Sequence record: MZ726794.1 | Direction: 5' to 3' (one strand) | Source: Escherichia phage vB_EcoA_ASO2B | Length of the DNA: 39,917 bases | In this document: positions 7,978 through 18,444 of the stretch, piece by piece | Position numbering within the stretch: position 1 is the stretch's first letter | Layout: each line of letters begins with the position of its first letter | Position numbers and translations under genes: made by a program | Notes under the pieces: generated by a model | What the model saw: only the letters and a program-made list of their open reading frames with translations | Told to the model about the DNA's origin: nothing | The model's database searches: none

Positions 7978-8232
7978 ATGTCTAAGAACTTAATGTTCAA
8001 CCGTTATACCGATACCTTCCACCTGTCCAACAACCCGTTTGCTTGCATTAAGCGTAACGAGAAGCTGGGCTACTTCGGGAAGGCCGTTAAGCTGTCACCT
8101 ACAGTCTTCGCTCTGATTACTCCGGGCAAAGCTGAAGAGGCTCGCCAGAAGCGCGAGACCAGCGTACCTGTGGTCTACACTAAGTGGCCTCGTGTTCGCC
8201 TGTTCGTTGAGTTCGTGAAGGAGGTGTTCTGA
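7978..8232 (+). CDS. Hypothetical protein (84 aa), gene 1.6 position
   Basis: SD aaggag upstream; stop overlaps next start (TGATG). Confidence 0.5.
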   Translation: MSKNLMFNRYTDTFHLSNNPFACIKRNEKLGYFGKAVKLSPTVFALITPGKAEEARQKRETSVPVVYTKWPRVRLFVEFVKEVF

Positions 8233-8774
8233 TGGGATGCATAGCTTGCTTAGAGAAGGATGACCGTTATCCACACACCTGTAATAAAGGAGTTAACAAC
8301 ATGACTGAACGCGAGCAAGAAATGATCGTGAAGCTGGTAGACAACAACGAAGGTCGCCCAGATTATTTGGATGGCTGCGGGATCCTTTGCTCTAATGTCC
8401 CTTGCCACCTCTGCCCCGCAAACAACAATCCCAAAATAACCTTAGGTGAAATCCGAGCGATGGACCATCGTAAGTCTAATCTGGATAAACAAGAGGTAAC
8501 TCCTACAGATGGCCAACCTTCCACTGAGTCAATCGACGCTGTCCGCAAGCCGTCCCACTATCAGGTCTTTGATGGTGTGGAATCCATTGAGATTATCGCT
8601 CGGTCCATGACTGTCAGTGAGTTCCGTGGCTTCTGCGTGGGTAACGTCCTGAAGTATCGACTCCGAGCTGGTAAGAAGTCCGAGCTGGCTACTATGGAGA
8701 AGGACCTAAACAAAGCGGCCTTCTATCAGGAGCTGTTCGACCTGCATAAAGGCAAGTGCTATGCTGCCGAGTGA
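8232..8774 (+). CDS. Probable gp1.7-like nucleotide kinase (180 aa)
   Basis: Synteny and size match T7 gene 1.7; Cys-rich N-terminus (CIACLEKDDRYPHTCNKG, CGILCSNVPCHLCP); sequence similarity to T7 gp1.7 is recalled, not verified. Confidence 0.6.
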   Translation: MGCIACLEKDDRYPHTCNKGVNNMTEREQEMIVKLVDNNEGRPDYLDGCGILCSNVPCHLCPANNNPKITLGEIRAMDHRKSNLDKQEVTPTDGQPSTESIDAVRKPSHYQVFDGVESIEIIARSMTVSEFRGFCVGNVLKYRLRAGKKSELATMEKDLNKAAFYQELFDLHKGKCYAAE

Positions 8775-8972
8775 ATGGTGCCGGGAGATGTACGAGAAGA
8801 CTCTCAACCCGGACTACATTACGTTATACAACCAATGGAAGGAGCGAGGTTTATGAACCAAGATCAGATTAACTTTGTGTGCCAGCTTATTAAGGAGTTC
8901 GTGGACTTCACTGATTTATCCGAAGATGAACTTGTTAAGCTGGAAGAGATTCTCGACAAGGAGATTTTATGA
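8775..8972 (+). CDS. Small acidic protein, gene 1.8 position; likely real start at 8853 (39 aa)
   Basis: ATG 8853 preceded by SD ggaaggag; stop overlaps gp2 start (ATGA). Confidence 0.4.
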   Translation: MVPGDVREDSQPGLHYVIQPMEGARFMNQDQINFVCQLIKEFVDFTDLSEDELVKLEEILDKEIL

Positions 8973-9127
8973 CTGAGGTTGAGAAGAAATACATCGTGGA
9001 GCTTGAGGGTCGCGTTCAGTCCTTCGAGGTTCCGGTGTACGCAAAGTCTCTTGAAGAGGCTACCCTGAAGTCCCAAGAGTATGAGGACGCTGGTTTTGTG
9101 GTCGGACGGATTCGTCCTGAGACCTAA
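8969..9127 (+). CDS. Gp2-like inhibitor of host RNA polymerase (52 aa)
   Basis: Not in ORF track (<60 aa). [52 protein letters not shown]; matches T7 Gp2 SFEVPIYA...AGFEVTRVRP including the Arg pair. Confidence 0.75.
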   Translation: MTEVEKKYIVELEGRVQSFEVPVYAKSLEEATLKSQEYEDAGFVVGRIRPET

Positions 9128-9144
9128 ACTATCACTTTAGGACA
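9123..9144 (+). promoter_or_regulatory. Phage RNAP promoter variant (ctaaactatcactTtagga), phi2.5-like
   Basis: Overlaps gp2 stop; TTTAGG variant shared with the 2906 promoter. Confidence 0.6.
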
Positions 9145-9185
9145 GACGTCAAGTTTGTAACTTTTAAATGAGGAGATTTACACCA

Positions 9186-9887
9186 ATGGCTAAAGAGCAA
9201 CTGAAGACTTTCACCACTCCGGTATCTGGTATCGTTGAGCCTTACGCATGGCTGAACAAAGCAGACACCAAGTTTAACGAGCGTGGTGAGCATAAGGTTA
9301 ACCTGACATTCGACCTGAGCAACCCGAAGGTCCGTAAGATGATTGATGTCTTACAGAAGATTCACGACGATGCGTATGAGAAAGCACTCGCAGACCACGA
9401 GAAGAACCCGCCTCAGGTTCAGCGTGGCAAGAAGCCTATTGAACCACGAGAAGGCGACATGCCGTGGATTGAGAATGGTGACGGTACTGTTACCCTTAAG
9501 TTTAAATGCTTTGCGTCTTACCTTAAAGACGGCAAGTCAGAGCCTATCGTATTACGGTTCTACGACACTGATGCTAAGTTAATCCGTGACGTCCCGAATA
9601 TTGGCGCTGGCTCAAAGCTGAAGGTCAAGTTTAAAGTCCTGCCGTTCAAGTGGAACGCTGCGACTGGTGCAAGCGTTAAGCTCCAGCTTGAGTCCTGCCT
9701 TCTGGTAGAACTGAAGGAATGGAAAGGTGATGGTGCTGGTGGCGATGGTGGCTGGGGTGATGATGAAGACCTCGGTACTGGCTACAAAGCGTCAACCGAT
9801 GGTGACTTCGGTGACGATGACTTCGGTGACGATGGTTCCGAAGGTGGTGGTGACGACTCCAACTCTGGTGGCGATTACGACTTCTAA
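9186..9887 (+). CDS. Single-stranded DNA-binding protein (T7 gp2.5 homolog)
   Basis: Start MAKEQLK at 9186 with SD gaggag (track ORF starts 18 nt upstream inside the SD); motifs RGKKP, MPWIENGDGTVTLKFKC, SVKLQLES; C-terminal ...DYDF as in T7 gp2.5. Confidence 0.9.
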   Translation: MAKEQLKTFTTPVSGIVEPYAWLNKADTKFNERGEHKVNLTFDLSNPKVRKMIDVLQKIHDDAYEKALADHEKNPPQVQRGKKPIEPREGDMPWIENGDGTVTLKFKCFASYLKDGKSEPIVLRFYDTDAKLIRDVPNIGAGSKLKVKFKVLPFKWNAATGASVKLQLESCLLVELKEWKGDGAGGDGGWGDDEDLGTGYKASTDGDFGDDDFGDDGSEGGGDDSNSGGDYDF

Positions 9888-10339
9888 TGGCCCAATGGTC
9901 TGCAAAACGGGGGCACTCTGTGGGTGCCTACCGCTCTGGACTTGAAGCCAAGAACCAGCAGTGGCTGGAACAGAATGGCGTCAAAGCGGAGTACGAAAGC
10001 CATTATATCAACTATGTGATTCCGGCTTCCGACCACAAGTATACACCAGACTTTATCCTTCCTAACGGTATCATCGTGGAGACCAAAGGTATCTTCGATA
10101 GTGATGACCGTAAGAAGCACCTTCTGGTACGAGAACAGCACCCAGAGTTAGACATCCGGTTCGTGTTCTCAAGTTCCCGCTCCAAGCTATACAAAGGGTC
10201 TCCGACCACGTATGGCGCATGGTGTGAAAAGAATGGCTATAAGTATGCCGATAAGTTCATCCCGGTTGAGTGGCTGAAAGAGGCGACTGTACGTCTGCCT
10301 TCAGGTATCCTCATCCCCAAGAAGAAAGGAGTTAAGTGA
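9887..10339 (+). CDS. Endonuclease I, Holliday-junction resolvase (T7 gene 3 homolog)
   Basis: FRSGLE...YVIPASDHKYTPDFILPNGIIVETKG...DDRKKHLLVREQHPELDIRFVFSSSRSKLYKGSPTTYG closely matches T7 gp3. Confidence 0.92.
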   Translation: MAQWSAKRGHSVGAYRSGLEAKNQQWLEQNGVKAEYESHYINYVIPASDHKYTPDFILPNGIIVETKGIFDSDDRKKHLLVREQHPELDIRFVFSSSRSKLYKGSPTTYGAWCEKNGYKYADKFIPVEWLKEATVRLPSGILIPKKKGVK

Positions 10340-10809
10340 TGACTCAGAAATTTAGACTTAAGGTTAGTGACTACGGGTGGCCTAAAGGCACTATCGTTAC
10401 GAAATGTGCGAAAGACCCTGCACCATCAAACGGGCGTACTCTGGTGGAATCCACTGAGCGTGGCACATATAAACACGGAGCAGCAGGTCATAACACTCAG
10501 CCTGATGGTATGTGGGGGGCGTGGGTTGTAAACGAAAATCTTGAGGAAATCGTAGAGGATAAACCTCAGGTCCTACCAGCCTCAAGCGTCCCTCCTGTCA
10601 CCGTTAAACGTGAAGTCCTGACCATCAACAAGATTGGTGTAGGCCAGACGTTCATCGTCCACGGTAAGCCTGACGAAGTGTACGTGAAGATTAGCAACTC
10701 TCACGTATTCAACCACAAGCGGCTACAGATGCACACGACTGACGCACAGCGCTTCCAGTCACATCTGAATCTGGTGGTAGTAGAACTGGTGGTGTACAAT
10801 GGTAAGTAA
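10339..10809 (+). CDS. Hypothetical protein (156 aa) inserted between endonuclease I and lysozyme
   Basis: ATG 10339 overlaps gene 3 stop (TGATG), SD aaggag; no T7 counterpart at this position; no family recognised. Confidence 0.55.
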   Translation: MTQKFRLKVSDYGWPKGTIVTKCAKDPAPSNGRTLVESTERGTYKHGAAGHNTQPDGMWGAWVVNENLEEIVEDKPQVLPASSVPPVTVKREVLTINKIGVGQTFIVHGKPDEVYVKISNSHVFNHKRLQMHTTDAQRFQSHLNLVVVELVVYNGK

Positions 10810-11257
10810 GGTACAGTTCAACCCACGGTCCCGGACTGACGCTATCTTCGTGCACTGTTCGGCTACCAAGCCAGAGATGGACATCGGGGTAGAGACCATC
10901 CGTATGTGGCACAAGCAGCAAGGCTGGCTGGATGTAGGCTACCACTTTATCATCAAGCGTGATGGTACTGTGGAAGAGGGTCGCCCGGTAAATGTCGTAG
11001 GGTCACACGTTAAGGATTGGAACTCCCGGTCAGTAGGCGTCTGCCTTGTAGGTGGAATTGACGCTAAGGGTCAGTTTGAAGCTAACTTCACTCCAGCCCA
11101 GATGAACTCCCTGCGCAACAAGCTGGCTGACCTGAAGGTCCTGTATCCTCAGGCAGAAATCAAAGCACACCATGACGTAGCACCTAAGGCGTGTCCAAGT
11201 TTTGACTTGCAACGCTGGCTGTCTACCAATGAACTGGTCACTTCCGACCGTGGTTAA
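10799..11257 (+). CDS. Lysozyme / N-acetylmuramoyl-L-alanine amidase (T7 gene 3.5 homolog)
   Basis: TDAIFVHCSATKP...WLDVGYHFIIKRDGTVEEGR...HHDVAPKACPSFDL...NELVTSDRG matches T7 lysozyme almost throughout. Confidence 0.93.
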   Translation: MVSKVQFNPRSRTDAIFVHCSATKPEMDIGVETIRMWHKQQGWLDVGYHFIIKRDGTVEEGRPVNVVGSHVKDWNSRSVGVCLVGGIDAKGQFEANFTPAQMNSLRNKLADLKVLYPQAEIKAHHDVAPKACPSFDLQRWLSTNELVTSDRG

Positions 11258-11281
11258 TAAACTCTAAGGGAGAACAACCCA

Positions 11282-11497
11282 ATGATTAAAATTATCGAAT
11301 TTCTTGGTCGTCTGGTGGTGCGTGGGTATCGTCGTGCTGCGGTACTGGAACGAAAGGTAGAAAAGAAGAATGCGGACGGTGCGGCTGATGCTGCTGCTCT
11401 GGCTGACAAGCTGACCATCGCGTCACTGGAAGCTGGAATGAAGGCTCGTCAGGCTGATACCAAAGCTGACCAGTTGGCTCAGTTCTTCAAAGCCTAA
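11282..11497 (+). CDS. Hypothetical small protein (71 aa), Ala/Lys-rich
   Basis: SD gggaga upstream; no family recognised. Confidence 0.45.
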   Translation: MIKIIEFLGRLVVRGYRRAAVLERKVEKKNADGAADAAALADKLTIASLEAGMKARQADTKADQLAQFFKA

Positions 11498-11514
11498 ACT
11501 ATCACCTTAGGGAT
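11492..11514 (+). promoter_or_regulatory. Phage RNAP promoter variant (ctaaactatcacCttaggga) upstream of gene 4
   Basis: Family member with a C substitution in the TATA element. Confidence 0.55.
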
Positions 11515-11562
11515 GGGACAATTAGTCCTGTCCCTTTGTTCGCATTTGTGATTAAGGAGTGA

Positions 11563-13299
<1,737 letters not shown>

Positions 13300-13300
<1 letters not shown>

Positions 13301-13464
13301 TGTTACGAAAACTTAAAGCTCGCTACCATCAGTTCATGTACAAATGGTGGAGCGATGAAGCAACCTGCCTGTCGAACATTCTTGGAGACCAGCGGTTCGA
13401 CTCTGAGGCATGGAAGAAAGCTAACCGGAAGTTTATGTATCACTTCTTGCGTACAGACTTCTAG
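13300..13464 (+). CDS. Hypothetical small protein (54 aa)
   Basis: ATG 13300 with SD ggaggg 11 nt upstream; internal start of track ORF 13282..13464. Confidence 0.4.
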
Positions 13465-13467
13465 GTC

Positions 13468-13512
13468 TAGACTCAAGGTCATTCACAGCGAGTGGCCTTT
13501 ATGATTAGACTA
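13468..13512 (+). promoter_or_regulatory. RNase III-type processing site (R4.7-like)
   Basis: tagactcaaggtcattcacagcgagtggcctttatgattagac; same motif as 6248 and 36784. Confidence 0.55.
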
Positions 13513-13527
13513 AACGGAGGATTAACC

Positions 13528-15699
13528 ATGTTTGACCTTAAGAGTATCTGGGGTTCTGACATCGAGACCAACGGTCTCCTTGATACAGTCTCCCAGTTTC
13601 ACTGTGGGGTCCTGATTAACGCCGAGTCGAATGAGACCCTTAAGTATGGGGTAGCTCCGATGGTCGGTATCGTCGGTGGCTTCAAAGAGTATGTTCATAA
13701 AGTGGAAGAGATTGCCGCATCACCTGATGGTATGCTGGTATTCCATAACGGTATCAACTATGACGTCCCTGCTATAGACAAGCTGAAACGTCTGTACTTT
13801 GGGAAACGCTTTAACTTCCCGAAACACAAGATGATTGATACCTTGGTGCTGGGGCGCTTGATGTATCCAAACATTAAGTTCTCAGACATGGGCGCAGTGA
13901 AATCTGGTCGTCTGCCACCTAGTATGATGGGACGTCAGTCTCTTGAGGCTTGGGGCTATCGTCTCGGTGAGATGAAGGGTGAGTACAAACACGATTACGT
14001 TGCCAAATGCAAGGCTGAAGGTATCGAATATAAGGCTGGTGACGAATGGTTGTTCCCGTCTCAGGAGATGCTGGACTATAACGTTCAAGACGTTGTGGTC
14101 ACACTGGCGTTGTTCAAGAAGTTCCTGACTGACAAGTATTACTTCCAGTCTGAACAGTTCGCTTTCGACCAGATTTATGCGTTGCGTCTGGAACACGATG
14201 CTGCGTGGACCTGTGCGAAGATGGAGCGTAACGGCTATCCGATGAACACCGAGATGGTCGAAGGCTTATATCGTGAACTCACCGTCAAACGTGCAGAGTT
14301 GCTGGACAAGCTGCGTTCGACTTTCGGTAGCTGGTACGCACCAAAGGGCGGAAAGGAGTTCTTCAAGCACCCACGTACAGGCAAGGACCTTCCGAAGTAT
14401 CCGAGAGTCGTGTATCCTAAGGTCGGGTCAGTATTCAAGAAGCCGAAGAACAAAGCTCAACGCTTAGGTCTGGAGCCTTGCGAGTTCGACTCACGAGACA
14501 CGATGGAGGGAGCACCGTTCACACCTATCACTTACGTTGAGTTCAATCCGGGAAGCGGGGACCACTTAGCGAAAGTTCTGATGGAGCGTGGCTGGGAGCC
14601 TGTGGACTTCACTGACACCGGGAAACCTGTAGTCGATGACGAGACGTTAGAACACGTTAAGTTGCCAGACGAAGAGGCTCAGGCTTGCGTAGAGCTGGTC
14701 CGTGAGTATCTGGTAGTCCAGAAGCGCATCGGTCAGGCTGCTGAAGGTAAGAACGCATGGTTGAAACTTGTAGGTCCAGACGGACGTATGCACGGTTCAA
14801 TAAACCCATGCGGGGCAGTAACCGGACGTGCGACTCACAGTTCACCAAACATGGCTCAAGTCCCGGCTAACGGTGCTCCATACGGTGAGACTTGCCGTGG
14901 TGCTTTCGGTGCAGCTTGGAACAAGACGGATGGTAAGCCAGACCCTTGGATTCAAGTAGGCGTGGATGCTTCAGGTCTTGAGCTTCGTTGTCTAGGGAAC
15001 CGAGCGGCTCCGTTTGATGGTGGAGACTATGCGAAGACTGTGGTCGAAGGGGACATACACTGGGCCAACGCAGTAAACGCTGGGTTAGCACCTAACGTCC
15101 CACGCGACAAGTCGAGCCACGACCATGATGCTTTCCGTAATAACGCTAAGACGTTCATCTATGCGTTCCTGTATGGTGCAGGGGCCGCGAAGATTGGACT
15201 GATAGTTGGCGGTGGTAAGAAGGAAGGTTCAGCTCTCATGAAGAAATTCATTGAGGGCACACCAGCCATCAAGGACCTCAGGGAAGCTGTGAGTGATACG
15301 TTAATCTCAGACTCTAAGTGGGTGGACGGAGAGAACATCGTCAAGTGGAAACGCCGTTGGTTGCGTGGACTTGATGGTCGGCGTATCCACATCCGGTCTC
15401 CACACTCAGCACTTAACGCCTTACTTCAAGGCGATGGTGCGGTAGTCTGTAAGCACTGGATTGTCGAGACTGAACGTATGCTCGAAGATGCCGGGTATGT
15501 TCACGGCTGGGAAGGTGACTTTGCGTACATGGCTTGGGTTCACGATGAGCTACAGATTGCGTGTCGTACTCAGGAGATTGCCGAAGAAGTCGTCAAGATT
15601 GCTCAACTTGCTATGCGTAAGGTGGGTGAGTTCTATAACTTTAAATGTGTCCTTGATACCGAAGGTAAGATTGGACCAACGTGGAAGGAGTGTCACTAA
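13528..15699 (+). CDS. DNA polymerase (T7 gene 5 homolog)
   Basis: Start at 13528 (SD ggagg); the track start 13492 lies inside the R-site motif. Motifs DIETNGL (exo I), VFHNGINYDVPA, NAKTFIYAFLYGAG, YMAWVHDELQ; the thioredoxin-binding region is present. Confidence 0.96.
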   Translation: MFDLKSIWGSDIETNGLLDTVSQFHCGVLINAESNETLKYGVAPMVGIVGGFKEYVHKVEEIAASPDGMLVFHNGINYDVPAIDKLKRLYFGKRFNFPKHKMIDTLVLGRLMYPNIKFSDMGAVKSGRLPPSMMGRQSLEAWGYRLGEMKGEYKHDYVAKCKAEGIEYKAGDEWLFPSQEMLDYNVQDVVVTLALFKKFLTDKYYFQSEQFAFDQIYALRLEHDAAWTCAKMERNGYPMNTEMVEGLYRELTVKRAELLDKLRSTFGSWYAPKGGKEFFKHPRTGKDLPKYPRVVYPKVGSVFKKPKNKAQRLGLEPCEFDSRDTMEGAPFTPITYVEFNPGSGDHLAKVLMERGWEPVDFTDTGKPVVDDETLEHVKLPDEEAQACVELVREYLVVQKRIGQAAEGKNAWLKLVGPDGRMHGSINPCGAVTGRATHSSPNMAQVPANGAPYGETCRGAFGAAWNKTDGKPDPWIQVGVDASGLELRCLGNRAAPFDGGDYAKTVVEGDIHWANAVNAGLAPNVPRDKSSHDHDAFRNNAKTFIYAFLYGAGAAKIGLIVGGGKKEGSALMKKFIEGTPAIKDLREAVSDTLISDSKWVDGENIVKWKRRWLRGLDGRRIHIRSPHSALNALLQGDGAVVCKHWIVETERMLEDAGYVHGWEGDFAYMAWVHDELQIACRTQEIAEEVVKIAQLAMRKVGEFYNFKCVLDTEGKIGPTWKECH

Positions 15700-15971
15700 T
15701 GGCTATGACCAAACGCCTGACCTGTAAGTTTGACATGAAGATTGTCTTTACACCTGAGGACGTGGAGTCATACGTTCTTGAGCTGGTGAAGATTACCAAG
15801 GCTTATGTCTCCGGTGAGAAACTGGATGGCATGGCACGGAAGCTGGTAGAGACTGCTGTAGAGCATGGGGTCGAAGCTGCTATTGAGCTGCACCTGAAGT
15901 CTATTCTGGCGTCACAACTGAAAGACAAGTTGCAAGAGGTCTACAATATCAGCACGAGGTTCAAGCAATGA
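15699..15971 (+). CDS. gp5.5-like protein
   Basis: Starts MAMTKRL at ATG 15699 overlapping gene 5 stop (TAATG), SD aaggag; synteny with T7 5.5. Confidence 0.65.
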   Translation: MAMTKRLTCKFDMKIVFTPEDVESYVLELVKITKAYVSGEKLDGMARKLVETAVEHGVEAAIELHLKSILASQLKDKLQEVYNISTRFKQ

Positions 15972-16177
15972 GTGAATACTTACGGGTCCTAGCGGCCCTT
16001 AAGTCCTGCCCGAAGACCTTCCAGTCCAACTATGTGCGCAACAACGCTGCACTAGTGGCTGAGGCTGCGAGTCGTGGACATCTAAGCTGCCTGTCTATGG
16101 ATGGGCGTAACAACGGTGCGTGGGAGATTACTGCTGAAGGCACCAAGTTCCTGAACCAATACGGAGGCTGTCTATGA
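15968..16177 (+). CDS. gp5.7-like protein (69 aa)
   Basis: KSCPKTFQSNYVRNNAALVAEAASRGH...GAWEITAEGTKFL matches T7 gp5.7. Confidence 0.75.
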   Translation: MSEYLRVLAALKSCPKTFQSNYVRNNAALVAEAASRGHLSCLSMDGRNNGAWEITAEGTKFLNQYGGCL

Positions 16178-17040
16178 GTGAAAAGAAAATAGCTCTGGTG
16201 CTGGACGGTGACTACTTGGTGTTCTCTTCTATGGCTGCTGCCGAGGACGAGACAGACTGGGGCGATGACATCTGGACCCTTATCTGCGACCACGCCAAGG
16301 CCCATCGTATCCTTGAGAACACCATCGCTGAAATCGTTAAGAAGCGCAAGGCGTGGAAAGACGCTAAGATTGTGATGTGCTTTACTGACGATAATAACTG
16401 GCGTAAGGATGTTCTTCCTACCTATAAGGCCAACCGTAAGGGTTCACGTAAGCCTGTAGGTTACAAGAAGTTCGTAGCCGAAGTGATGGCTGACCCACGG
16501 TTCAACAGCTTCCTGCGTCCTACGCTTGAGGGTGATGACTGTATGGGCATCATCGGGACCAGACCTCAGATTGTCGGATGTGACCATGCGGTTCTGGTGT
16601 CCTGTGACAAGGACTTCAAGACCATCCCAAACTGTGAGTTCTTCTGGTTAACCACTGGTGAAATACTGAGTCATACGACTGCCGAAGCAGACTACTGGCA
16701 CATGGAGCAGACCATCAAGGGTGACACTACAGATGGCTATGGCGGGATTCCGGGGATGGGTGAGGACACCACTCGTGTGTTCCTTGACGAGCCGTACTAC
16801 TTCGTGCAGGAGAGCCGTGAGCTTAAGACTGGCAAGAACAAAGGCCAGATTAAGACTGAGTGGAAGAAGTATCCAAAGCGTGAAGACATGACGCTGTGGG
16901 ACTGCATGGTTACTCTGGCTGCTAAAGCTGGGATGACCGAGGAGGAACTTCTGGTCCAAGCTCAGGTCGCTCGTATTTGTCGAGCCTCCGACTATGACCC
17001 TAAGTCCAAGGAGGTCATCCTGTGGACACCACCCATGTAA
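16174..17040 (+). CDS. 5'-3' exonuclease (T7 gene 6 homolog)
   Basis: LDGDYLVF, CDHAKA, FTDDNNWRK, YKANRK, LEGDDCMG, SCDKDFKTIPNCEF, TIKGDTTDGY, TLWDC...AKAGMTEEE match T7 gp6. Confidence 0.92.
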   Translation: MSEKKIALVLDGDYLVFSSMAAAEDETDWGDDIWTLICDHAKAHRILENTIAEIVKKRKAWKDAKIVMCFTDDNNWRKDVLPTYKANRKGSRKPVGYKKFVAEVMADPRFNSFLRPTLEGDDCMGIIGTRPQIVGCDHAVLVSCDKDFKTIPNCEFFWLTTGEILSHTTAEADYWHMEQTIKGDTTDGYGGIPGMGEDTTRVFLDEPYYFVQESRELKTGKNKGQIKTEWKKYPKREDMTLWDCMVTLAAKAGMTEEELLVQAQVARICRASDYDPKSKEVILWTPPM

Positions 17041-17166
17041 TCTACTGGGCAGGACTTCTGGCCCTTTACTGCATGTACAAGTGGTTCGGGTCGAACAACC
17101 GTCCTAAACACTGAGTCTAACCGATAGTCATATCCTATTAATCCCACAGTCATCCATAGGTGAAAC

Positions 17167-17189
17167 ACTAAACTATCACTATAGGGACT
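17167..17189 (+). promoter_or_regulatory. Phage RNAP promoter (ctaaactatcactatagggac), phi6.5-like
   Basis: Perfect consensus; begins the late (class III-like) region. Confidence 0.8.
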
Positions 17190-17250
17190 TTAGGACCTAA
17201 GATATGACTATAAGATAGACTTTAGTCTTAACTTAAAGAGGAGATTCAAG

Positions 17251-17523
17251 ATGGCGATTAATGCTATTGAAAACGTTGTTAAGCAGTTACAGGAAGAAAG
17301 ACTTGATGTCCCGAACATCTCCCAGTCTGCCATCCAGTTTCTGCACGTATTGTTCAACGCAAGCTACGCTGAGAAGATGGGAGCTATCAGTCTCCTCAAG
17401 CAGCAGGGCTACAGCGATGCGTTCATTGCCGGGTTCATCAAGGGTCTCCAGTATTGTTCTGACACTCTCGACTCTGCGATTGCTATGCGTCGTGAGCTGA
17501 AAGATACCGTTCAGTTTGATTAA
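17251..17523 (+). CDS. gp6.5-like protein (90 aa)
   Basis: SD agaggag; synteny with T7 gene 6.5. Confidence 0.55.
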   Translation: MAINAIENVVKQLQEERLDVPNISQSAIQFLHVLFNASYAEKMGAISLLKQQGYSDAFIAGFIKGLQYCSDTLDSAIAMRRELKDTVQFD

Positions 17524-17537
17524 CTGTAGGAGGGACT

Positions 17538-17762
17538 ATGTGTTTCAGTCCAAAGATTAGCACTCCGAAGCCTTCGGTCCAAGCACCTGAACCAGCACCT
17601 CTGAGTGAGGAAGTTGCGTCAGTTGACATCGGGGCTGAATCGGACGTGGGCACCAACGAGACCAAAGGTATCAAAGACCTGAAGGTCAAGAAGGAGTCTG
17701 CACCTAAAGATAAATCGTCAGTAAGTCGCGCTATGCGTAACTCTGGCGTCAACATGGGGTAA
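17538..17762 (+). CDS. gp6.7-like virion protein
   Basis: Starts MCFSPKI as T7 gp6.7; SD ggaggga. Confidence 0.7.
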   Translation: MCFSPKISTPKPSVQAPEPAPLSEEVASVDIGAESDVGTNETKGIKDLKVKKESAPKDKSSVSRAMRNSGVNMG

Positions 17763-17766
17763 GACA

Positions 17767-18189
17767 ATGCTACCATATCTCAACTCACGCGAAGGCCGCC
17801 ACATGTGCGCTTGTCGCCTCTGGGAAGACGGGCAGTCTAACTTCAAGTCATTCGAGGACTTCAAGGCTCATACTTACCGTATGGCTGACGAGTTCGACGG
17901 TGAAGAGTACACAATCTACGATGTCTCAGGTCAACCAGTAGCGTATCTCTACATGCTGGCTACCGCATCTTGGCACCGACCGACTCCCGGTCTTGACCTT
18001 TCAATCGTCGCTATTCGTCGTGACTCGCAGTCCTCCCGCAAGGTTCTTGAGACTGTCAGGCACATCATAGACGAAGAGTGCAAGCAGTGGGGTCTTGGCT
18101 GGTATTCTCGTGTCAAGCATGTTTCTGGGTCGGTAGACATCGTAACAACCAAGTGCGTTAGCACGAACAAGGAGATTAACCGTGGGTAA
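17767..18189 (+). CDS. gp7-like protein (T7 gene 7 position)
   Basis: Synteny and size (140 aa vs T7 133 aa). Confidence 0.5.
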   Translation: MLPYLNSREGRHMCACRLWEDGQSNFKSFEDFKAHTYRMADEFDGEEYTIYDVSGQPVAYLYMLATASWHRPTPGLDLSIVAIRRDSQSSRKVLETVRHIIDEECKQWGLGWYSRVKHVSGSVDIVTTKCVSTNKEINRG

Positions 18190-18433
18190 ATCAATCAGTA
18201 AGGCTTTCAAGAAAGTGGTGAAAAGTACGTTAGGGACAGTGGGTCTTGGCTCTGACGATGCACCTAAGGTTGTTGAGGCTCCGACCCCAGCAGCAGCAGC
18301 AGTGGAAGTGCCGAACGATAAAGTGGAAGATGTGGATACCGAAGCAACCGCATCTGATGAGAAGAAAGTGAAGCGTTCAGGTAAGCGGAGCCTTCAGGTC
18401 TCTCGCACCTCTGGTGGTGGTATTTCTATTTAA
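18182..18433 (+). CDS. gp7.3-like tail/adsorption protein
   Basis: GTG start with SD aaggag; Lys-rich N-terminus and C-terminus SGKRSLQVSRTSGGGISI matching T7 gp7.3 (...KKSLSVARSSGGGINI). Confidence 0.7.
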   Translation: MGKSISKAFKKVVKSTLGTVGLGSDDAPKVVEAPTPAAAAVEVPNDKVEDVDTEATASDEKKVKRSGKRSLQVSRTSGGGISI

Positions 18434-18444
18434 GGAGGTGACGA

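Noticed and set aside
13492-13527. Upstream ATG/GTG starts for DNA polymerase (track start 13492) and for gene 1.1 (6274)
   Set aside because: These codons lie inside the conserved processing-site motif (gtggcctttatgattaac) that recurs at non-coding positions; the downstream ATGs have proper SD spacing.
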